Shown here piece by piece: positions 54,700 through 64,000 of a stretch of DNA of 64,000 nt. The position numbers and the translations under genes were made by a program. Each line of letters starts with the position of its first letter. Position 1 is the stretch's first letter. This stretch comes from Haliotis rufescens (Eukaryota): assembly GCF_023055435.1 (NCBI RefSeq), contig NW_025963813.1, positions 16,182,001-16,246,000 on the forward strand, read 5' to 3'. The notes beneath the pieces were generated by a model, which did no database searches, was not told the origin of the DNA, and worked only from the letters and a program-made list of their open reading frames with translations.

Positions 54700-55008
54700 T
54701 TACTGCAGAAAAAAATTCTGCCAGAAATTTCTATAGAAAAAAAAATTCTGCCAGAAATTTCTGTAGAAAAAAAAAATACTGCCAGAAATTTCTGCAGAAA
54801 AAAAAAAAATCGGCCAGAAATTTCTGCAGTAATGCATTTTCTGAGCCAATTTTTGAGCTTGTGAACATGTGAATACACTGGGACACACATTATTTGGATT
54901 CGACTCCTCGAGAGCTTTCCAATGATATAAAACATGTTTTTGTAGCTCGCTTCCTTCTGTGTGGTCAAGTTCGGACTCCTGGCCATTCCTAAGTTGTCCT
55001 GCCCTGCC
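54700..55008 (-). mobile_element. Kolobok-like non-autonomous element end (right, inverted)
   Basis: Reverse complement of 46446-46710 with small indels. Confidence 0.6.
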
Positions 55009-55009
55009 T

Positions 55010-56815
55010 TCATTGTTTCATTGCATAAAAAGGGTGATAAGAATAATGTTGATAACTATCGGGGAATATCTGTACTGAGTTGTTTTGGAAAATTATATAC
55101 CATGATTCTTAATGGCAGATTAACGTTTTGGTCAGATGCAATGGGAAACATTTGTGAAGAACAGGCAGGATTTAGAGCTGGATATTCCACAATGGACAAT
55201 GTTTTCATTTTACAGGCTTTAATTGCAAAATATCTCCCAAAAAGGGGAGGTAAATTATATGCATGTTTTGTTGATTTCGCTGAGGCATTTGATTCCGTTC
55301 AAAGAAAAAGATTCTGGCACTTATTTGGTAAACATGGGTGGGCATCAAAGACGGAAAAATAATAAAAAGCCATTTACGAATCAGTTAAAACTTGTGTACG
55401 AACCGATGGCAATAACCTTACAAGTATGTTTGATCCCATGATTGCCCTTTGGGGGTGCGTCAGGGTTGTGTATTAAGCCCAATCTTGTTCTCTTTCTTTA
55501 TAAATGAACTTTGTTCTTGAAATTAATTCAAAATCTAAAAATGTCATCCAGTTATATCCAGATCTAATAGAAATATTCCTTTTACTTTTGGCTGACGATG
55601 TTGTCCTTTTTTCTGATTTGGTAATTGGTCTTCAACGTCAAATCAATATTTTGGAAAATTATCGTGACAAGTGGTCACTGTCCATCAATCTAAATAAAAC
55701 TAAAGTTCTTGTTTTTAAAAGCGGTGGGAAATTATCAAAATTAGAGAAATGGATATACAAAGACGCACATATAGAGGTAGTTTCATCTTATACTTACCTT
55801 GGAATATTGTTTACTAGGACTTTGAGTTGGAATAAGTATCTAGAATCTACATCTGTTAAAGCTAAGAAAGTGTTGATGTCAATCCTACAAAGTTTGTTAA
55901 AATATGATAATCTACCTTGTATTTTATACTTTCAAATTTTTGATACAAAGACAATGCCAATTTTACTTTATGGATCAGAAATGTGGGGTTATAGAAAATA
56001 TGAGTGTATAGAAAAAGTTCATCTTTATGCGTGTAAACGTGTAATTGAGGTTCGATCCTCCACCCCAAATGGTATTGTACTTGGGTATCCATTGGTTATA
56101 TTTTCGCTAAAGCGCTGTGTAAATTATTGGTTAAAACTAACGCGATACCCAGTAAAAGCCTATAACATGCTGTTCTATCTGGATCAAAATGCCAGTCACT
56201 CACGCAATAAAAATAATTGGGCAGCAAATATCAAAATCACCCTTTTCAGTTTAGGCCTTGGATACGCATGGATGGATCAGAGTGTTGGAAATGTCAAGAT
56301 GTTTATGTCATTATTACTCCAAAGAGCTAAAGATTGTTTTCAGCAAATATGGATAGAAAAACTAAGAAATAGCAAATGTACATATACCTATTCTCTCTTC
56401 AAACAACAATTTATACTCGAAGAATATCTAATATCTGTTACAATAAAAAAATAGAGTATCGCTAGCGCATTTCAGAGCAGGATATCATGATTTAAAGATC
56501 TATAAAGGTATATTTAAAAGTCTAACAATATCTGTACATCTAGTAACCTTAATGTTGTAGAAAATGGGTATAATTTTATGCTTGTGTGTAAACTCTATCG
56601 TCAATTAAGAAACAAGTATATTCCAAAGAAGTTTATAACTTACCCAAATATAAATGTGTTTTGCATACTCATGTCAACCTTAAATATTACTTTATTACAC
56701 AATATTGCATTGTACATGTACATATATCATGCATTGTTAGTTAGAAGAAACACCCATACTTTGTAAATACGTTGAACTATGGGCCTACGGCCTTTCAGTT
56801 TGCAATGAATAAAAC
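55010..56815 (+). mobile_element. CR1/L2-group LINE RT fragment, frameshifted
   Basis: LHKKGDKNNVDNYRGIS, EEQAGFR, FVDFAEAFD, GVRQGCVLSP, LLADDV, ILLYGSEMWG; AATAAA near 56808. Confidence 0.92.
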
Positions 56816-56884
56816 AATTTGTAGCCAGGTGACGGCAACGACGTGAATGTTACATTTGTGATAAGAACAGAAGTACAGCTTTCG

Positions 56885-57500
56885 TGGTGCATGTGAAATA
56901 CAGGTGAACCAACGCAATATAGACAGGTGTAACAGATGGATGCATGTGTAATAAGGTGAACCAACGTAATATAGACAGGTGTAACAGATAGGTGCATGTG
57001 AAATACAGGTGAACCACCGCAATATAGACAGGTGTAACAGATGGATGCATGTGTAATAAGGTGAACCAACGTAATATAGACAGGTGTAACAGATAGGTGC
57101 ATGTGAAATACAGGTGAACCACCGCAATATAGACAGGTGTAACAGATGGATGCATGTGTAATAAGGTGAACCAACGTAATATAGACAGGTGTAACAGATG
57201 GGTGTATGTGAAATACAGGTGAACCAACGTAATATAGACAGCTGTGACAGATGGGTACATGTGTAATACAGGTGAACCAACGTAATATAGACAGGTGTAA
57301 CAGATGGGTGCACGTGTAATACAGGTGAACCAACGTAATATAGACAGGTGTAACAGATGGGTGCATGTGTAATACAGGTGAACCAACGCAATATAGACAG
57401 CTGTAACAGATGGGTGCACGTGTAATACAGGTGAACCAATGTAATATAGACAGGTGTAACAGATGGGTGCATGTGTAATGCAGGTGAACCAACGTAATAA
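56885..57500 (+). repeat. 53-bp minisatellite (~11 units)
   Basis: Unit ggtgaaccaacgtaatatagacaggtgtaacagatgggtgcacgtgtaataca. Confidence 0.95.
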
Positions 57501-58416
57501 AGAACCCAGTGAGGGGTAAGTAGCAAGTCACGTGGACTATCGTACGTTTATTCCAGCTTCAAGTTGAATCATGTATTCCAAGCCTTGTTTACAGTGCAAG
57601 ATCGATAATTTAAAAATAATGTGTCAATGAATTTTTAAGTGTTGGAAATACTTCCTGACAGCCGTCACACTTTAGGAGACAAAATGTTATCAACTGAACT
57701 ATGACTTATTTCGTGTCTACCTGCCATATGTACTGCAACAGTGGTCACGGAGCAGGCTAGTATCTGCCGTGTTATTGATCGTGCAACAAGTGGGGCTCAC
57801 ATTACACATGTACAGGACACCCAAGGTGTAGCAGTGATATGCACCAGGTCCACCCACGACAAGAGTGTCTTTCAGTCGCAACAAACGTATGTATTTGTCA
57901 GACTGGAAAACCGTTTCTGAAGGCGAATCTGACGAGACTGATAGAGCCACCCAAAGATTTTCGTTCGTTTGTTCATTACATAGGTATAATTCAAAATAGT
58001 GTCTTTTGTCTGTATTTGCACTGTATTTAATCGGGGATTGCGATGTCAAGTTAAAACCACAATAGGTCACATCGAGGTTAGGTTTCACTGTATGTATAGA
58101 CGTGATAGAATTAAATACTTTTAATCATTTACTTTGATACAAATACACACAGAGAACGCCAATAACTTTAAATCATACACTTATCATAAATAATTAATTT
58201 ACAACTTTAAAACTTCCACAGCAATCCGCTGACTCAAAGACCTGTACTATGGCCTTGGTATTGTATGAAATCCACGCAGCCCAAAAGAGTTATGTAAAAT
58301 GTCAGCTGTTGACTGAGTTGAATACAGGACAAACACATTTTATTTAATGTGTGTCCCGTGAATATCCCGGGCGTCTCACGACGAAAGCGCTCCTCTGTCG
58401 TGTTAATGTCCAGGAT

Positions 58417-58695
58417 GGTGCACGGGTGGCCCAGTTGTCTAAGGCGCCGCGATTCGCTGTGCAGTGTTGCGTCCCTTGGACACGCCAGAAACCCATGATT
58501 GTGAGTTCGAATCCCGGTTCGCCCCGATTATGTTTCTAGGTATGTCAGCACCATACCCGTGCTCGTGGGTTTCACCGAATTGGTAAACGTCTGAGACTTA
58601 CATCACTTGGGGCTTTCCTCTCACATTAAGCTGGCACGCCGCGATATAACTGGAATACTGTTGAAAGCGGCGTTAAACCCAACTCACTCACTCAC
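58417..58695 (+). mobile_element. Full-length tRNA-derived SINE family B with TSD
   Basis: A box TGGCCCAGTTGTCTAAGGCG, B box GTTCGAATCC, (ACTC)n tail; TSD taatgtccaggat at 58404-58416 and 58696-58708. Confidence 0.93.
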
Positions 58696-59673
58696 TAATG
58701 TCCAGGATGGCGACTACTAAATGTTCGATCTTGTAAATGCATGTTCAGGTTCTAAGATGCATCCCTGTGTGGGTACCCTATAGTCATGTTAAAATAAGAA
58801 CATACAACACTCATTTCCAAATCCGATCCTTTCATTTTAAGAGAATACCAACAAGCTTGCAAAGACGATAACTGAACAGTGAATGCACATTTAAATACTT
58901 CTGTTGGATGTATTAACAATGTCTGATTGTCATGTGGGTTCTGTAGTATTTTAACAACCTGTCGTCACATACAGAGGTAAGTGATTCATAAGTTAGTCCA
59001 TCTACCAAGGCTACAAGACACCCACCATTTATTATTTTCCTGTGGCTTGAGTTTCGGGGCAGGATATCTTTTTCAAAACTGCTTCAAAATACAAGACTGC
59101 TGTTTGCAGAAGTAGTAGCCGAACCATTCATATATTTTCACAACAATATTTTTTCAGGACATACAGTTTGTCTGCCGAACACGTTTAAGCTCACCTGACT
59201 GAAAATCTCATTTGCATGTTTTTGGATAATGATACCAAGTTTATCGCCTCGATAACACGAAACATAAAAAAAGTAACTAATGGCTATTACTTTGTTATTT
59301 GTGTACAGAATCCGATTTGGTGTTTGTTTAGTAGTGATGCAGACTGATTGTTTTAAAAAAATAAATTAAAAGTTAAAATAATATTTTTTTAAACAGAATT
59401 AAAAAACAAGGTACTTTTCTTCATTGATTCTACAGCTTCGGAATACCACTTAAAGGTTTTGTGAGAGGGTTTATGTGGTTTACCAGTGCACCTCTCCATT
59501 TTGTGAATTTGAAGACAGATTTGGTGACTAGTACTTCGAAAAGTACTGAAAAACCCTCTATATTTTCGAGGGAGAGTACTCAAAATTCTGAGACAAGACA
59601 TGGAGCTCACATTGCACATGGTATGTACAGGTCGCCTATCCTCATATGGAGGTCTGTACCACGTTTTTAGTAT

Positions 59674-59842
59674 TTCCCGGAAGTTTTATTCCAGTAAATG
59701 GTTTTTTATAAAATTGTGGACAGGTGTTCCCAATTCTAGTCGCTGGACAGGCTCCTCTTATCAGAACACATTTGTGTCTGCTTCAGTCGCAATAATCCCG
59801 ATTCTGTCAGGCTAGAAAACCGTCACTGAAGACGAATCTGAG
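59674..59842 (+). promoter_or_regulatory. Putative promoter and non-coding first exon of the caspase gene
   Basis: GAS consensus TTCCCGGAA 59674-59682, GAS-like TTCCAGTAA 59689-59697, TATAAAA 59707-59713, donor GAG|GTAACT after 59842; the coding exon begins with an acceptor 1 nt before its ATG. Confidence 0.5.
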
Positions 59843-60986
59843 GTAACTTATAGAGCCACTCTGACATATTCATTCGTTTATAACATAACTGTATTGTATA
59901 TTTCATATTATTTTCATATAATTTATATACCTATTTTACCTTGTACGCCCCATGGAATCTGTTTCGGCTGATACCCGTGACTGATCATTTTCTGGCGTTG
60001 ACGTTTTGAACAACTATAATAGGTAGAGTGTAATGTCAGTGGAGTTTCTTGTCTTTGTCATTGTGTTTAATCATTGTCTACTGGTCAGATTACCCGTGAA
60101 GATAGTCATAACTCTTCACGGACTATCCGATTCTGCTATTATTTCCCTGTATAAAAAGTTTCAACCTTGAAACCAACAAGCTGATATTAAATTATTTGTA
60201 TTCTCTCTCAGCTGTTTCCTCGGCAACAATGCAGTTTACCTGGTATCGCGGTGTAGCAGTGACGCTCTTTCGCTTTTGCGTTATTGTTTTGGCTCACGCT
60301 CGTATTCTCTCTTTTATTGTCAAAAATGCATATGTTTTTTAAAATTTACTCAAGGCAGAACAATGTGCTGGGATATGTTCAATAACTTGGAGTGACGAAT
60401 GACGGTCTATACAGTGTTCTGTGTGTGACACCGGACGCTTTAAGAATCATCCTGCAACAACTGAGAGGATAAAAGAAATCCTTTTTTATTAAAAAATGCC
60501 TGCAACATGTTTTAGGACAAACATCATTTTAAACGCGTTGACGGATGGTGCAGCTCACAACATTCTAATGTTCGCTCTTGATGTCTGATACGCTTTCGTG
60601 TTGCCGAACCTAAGACATCTAATGATTTCACAAGTACACGGACAAGTCTCTATTTTTTGTAACCTTTGTTCCCGTGATTGTTCATGTGAACGCTTGACTT
60701 CCCTTTGCATGTGTTTATGACAGGTGCCACCGTTGGGGCAAGATACGCTAACCTTTTCGCGAACTCTTGGTCTGAACACTTATTGATAGTCACTTATAAA
60801 CACATGCTTATGACACAGTCAGAATCCTACCATAGACTCTGCTATAAGCAGAAGTTTCTTATGATTATGGAAATACTGTTGTCCCATTTTCAAGTCTTGA
60901 TATTGGAACAATGATGAATACCTTTTTGTTGGTAATAAATTCTTTATTTGAAATTAAAGCTGACGTTGTATTTGTTATTTTTCAGA

Positions 60987-63801
60987 ATGAATTTAGAATT
61001 TTCGGACTGGAACCCTATTATAGGTGCCGTACTGATTGGTGCCTCATTTTTGTTCATCTGGTGGATGTGTCAACGTGAACCTAAACCACGAGGTAGGTTT
61101 CATTGTCGTATATGTGTAGATTTTGATACAGATAACTGATTACGGTCTGAACACTTTATATTGATACTAGTATGGGTGTGCGTACATTCAATCAGGAAAA
61201 CATTATGTAGAGTGAGTTATTGAGTGAGTGAGTTGGGTTTAACGCCGCTTTTAACATTATTCCAGTTATGTCAGCCTAATGTGGAAGGAAAGCCCGAAGT
61301 AAAGGAGATCTCAGACGTTTACCACTTCGGTAAAACCCACGAGCACGGGTATGGTGCTGACGCCGGTGTGTGCAGATAAAGATACAATTACTTGAACAGT
61401 CGCTTGAAAAACAAGAACACTAAGTCTTTTTGACTGTCGAGAAATGAGTATTGATGTGATAGAGATATATCTTTGTTTATACATAAGGAAAATAGCAAGT
61501 TTTAAAGGCACCAAGAGCATACTACGCATAAATCAACAACTTTGCATTATGATTATGTCACCGGCAGCACCATCTGGTCTAACTATGAGAGTGACAGCCC
61601 TTAAAGGCGGTAAAACAGAGGACGCTGTGGCGATCGGAATGGCTGGAGGTACGTATCGTTATTACAATCGTATATGCAGTTAAGTCACGTCAATCCGGAC
61701 CGTATCATTCACAGTGATATCTTCCGCAGAAACGATTTTGATTCTTTTTTTATGCTAAGACGTTCCTTACAGTAATCATCAAAATGGAGGTGTCCGAATT
61801 AATGGGTCCACAATATTAATACTTTTCCTTTATCAAGTGCTGAAGGCCCAATTCCATGGCCAGATGTATGAGAAGTGAATTGTTGTGAATAAAAGCCAAT
61901 ACCCAAGCAAGCATGAAATATATACAATCTACAAATAACACTACTGGGCGAAAGGGTGGGAAAACTGCTTTTAGTGGCATCAATTCTGTGGCGAGCTTCG
62001 CCATGTCGCTTCCGCTACTGCTAGCCCTCTAGTTTCGGCGGTCAAAGGGGGATTATTTATTAAATGAACTTTATACACTGTATTATCCCTTTATTATAAG
62101 TAACAGCAAGAGACATTGCTGAAAGAAAACGCAATCAACTTTGATACGACACGAACAAGAGGATATGCATGGTAATAATTAGCAGCAAATGTTAGTGCGG
62201 ATTTTGATTGCTGAACTGAACCATCTGGTCCACCGCCTGCAACTGTTGCTGAGAGTCAACGTCAGTATATCTTCCATATGTGTCACTAGTCCAGCATCCA
62301 ATTCACACATCCGCTCCGAAAGCACGTTTTTTTTGTGTACGTTTCCTCAAACAGCTAATTATTCATGAGAAGGAATTATTGGTCTTGCACACTGCTCAAC
62401 TGCACCCAGGGCTCTTGAACAGTAATACAAATTGATGGAAAGACATCTTTGATCAACGGATAACGGATACCAGCCGCTCGTGGGAAATATATCAAGACAG
62501 TACCTTTCTTAACTAACATATCTGAGCGTGTCATTCAGACGTCACACGACATGTAGACGACACCACAAATATATCACTGACACTGTCTACACCAGCAGCG
62601 TCGCATTGAAGACTGTCGTCTAAGCCTGGGGGACACCCGCATCAACCACCAAACCCAACATACATTGGAATAACATCAAGACCCCTCAGTATCTGCATCA
62701 CAGAAAAGATAGATTGCTATGGCTAGATTACAGAACGAGCGCGGCTGATCGTTCAACTTAAGGTGAACTTACATCTACCATACGTCTATTAAACTGTCCA
62801 TTATTTCGTCGTGCTTTGATATGGTCACACACAAAAACTAACAGAAATATTTATTTATTGTCAGACGGTGGTCTGGCTGATGGAGGTAATGTTGACGTGA
62901 AAGCCAACGAAAATGGAGAGAGCAAACGTGCGCTCGCTATCGGAAGAACAACCGAAAAGGGTTTACAAACTGTCTTGCAGAATCCAACCCCGGCAGAAGA
63001 AGGTATCACTTATACATATCAGTGCAAGCGGGGTGGTGACTGACTAGATACTTAAATAAATATGTTAAGTTGGATGTTTCACTCGTCGCACGATTCCGAA
63101 ATGTAAGATACAAGATTCGTTTTGATATTGTTTCCTTGACTATTTTAAAGCATCAATTGTGTCCATGTCCAAGGAGATAACATACGACAAACTCCATGCC
63201 TTCAAATATTTTGCAGGTCCAGGGCGCTACAAGATGGAAGCGATTCCGAGAGGTAAATGCATTTATGACAACGTAATGTTGCCCTGAATCAAAATACTTG
63301 TCCTTAAGCCTAAGTGCATTTTACTAACTTCACCTTACCATGATGTGAAGAAATCAACATTCAATTTACTTGCACTCAGTGAAGGTACTCCTCCAGATAT
63401 TGGGTAATACTTTCAGCCACAATATATATCACTTCACTGGCTGGCCCATGGGCGGTATTGGCTAGGATTTAATAAAGCGGGTTTTGTAACCAATTTCCAC
63501 CAAACACATTATTCTGTGGTAATCAGTGTAATTCACAACTCCAAGGTTCTAGGTTTTATCATAGTGTGTTAGTTATTTCAAACCTCATGTCAAGTTTTAG
63601 TATGGCGTTCCCTAAATGGAAGTAGCTTAAAAACACCTTTAACACAAATTATGATACATATGACCTTGTTAGAATGTATTTTGAGACAGTCATCTACTCG
63701 TATGTATGTATTTTGTTTATTCTCAGGACTGTGCCTCATTATCAACAACATACATTTTGAGGAGGGATTTTCCCCAAGGTACTCCGCTAAAGAAACGGCA
63801 G
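60987..63801 (+). CDS. Caspase-family (peptidase C14A) protein with N-terminal transmembrane segment, 5' part; exons 60987-61092, 61568-61648, 62865-63002, 63217-63252, 63727-63801; continues beyond the window
   Basis: Phase-1 GT-AG exons give MNLEFSDWNPIIGAVLIGASFLFIWWMCQREPKPR|APSGLTMRVTALKGGKTEDAVAIGMAG|DGGLADGGNVDVKANENGESKRALAIGRTTEKGLQTVLQNPTPAEE|GPGRYKMEAIPR|GLCLIINNIHFEEGFSPRYSAKETA. YxMxxxPRGLCLIINNxxF...R is the start of the caspase p20 subunit. Catalytic His/Cys lie outside the window. The exon 2 acceptor has a weak pyrimidine tract. Confidence 0.8.
61215..61362 (-). mobile_element. Truncated SINE family B in the caspase intron after exon 60987-61092
   Basis: 3' half of the 58417-58695 element, reversed. 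Confidence 0.8.
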
Positions 63802-64000
63802 GTACTTTTTTTCATGCCCAGTCTACTGAAATGTCCACCCTTTATCGATCTCTCCCTTAACTTTAATCCCATCTTCATCCCGAGTTTGGTGCGAGGTCTT
63901 GCTGTACCATACCATTTTTGTGTGTTTTTAACAAAATATGTATACGGCAGCTACCACTGCAAGCGGTGTAAGATGACATGGCACTAATTGTGACCACAGT

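Overview
Eukaryotic (metazoan) genomic DNA, intron-rich and repeat-dense; the SINE/LINE repertoire looks molluscan, probably abalone-like (inference). Most long ORFs in the supplied track are artefacts of satellites or retroelements, and the real genes are spliced and had to be read from splice sites. (1) 1-22.4 kb: three tandem ~7.6-8.1 kb copies of an intact 4-exon gene for a small secreted protein (signal peptide, EGF, Ca-binding EGF, polyQ, aromatic/acidic tail). (2) 26.6-44.1 kb, minus strand: a gene with six coding exons for a 169-aa protein (N-terminal TM segment, two 19-20 aa beta-type pseudo-repeats, C-terminal amphipathic helix); its introns hold several satellites (one 8 kb) and a THAP-bearing TIR transposon relic. 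(3) From 60,987 off the window end, plus strand: a caspase-family gene whose prodomain is a TM segment plus two copies of the same 19-aa repeat instead of CARD/DED. Genes 2 and 3 are divergently oriented, share N-terminal exon structure and both have STAT/GAS-like sites by their putative promoters. The main hypothesis is a membrane-anchored caspase plus a motif-only partner (adaptor or decoy) coupled by an amyloid-like (HET-s/RHIM-style) homotypic motif. The rest is tRNA-derived SINEs, CR1/L2- and I-type LINE fragments, Penelope fragments, and Tc1 and Kolobok-like relics.
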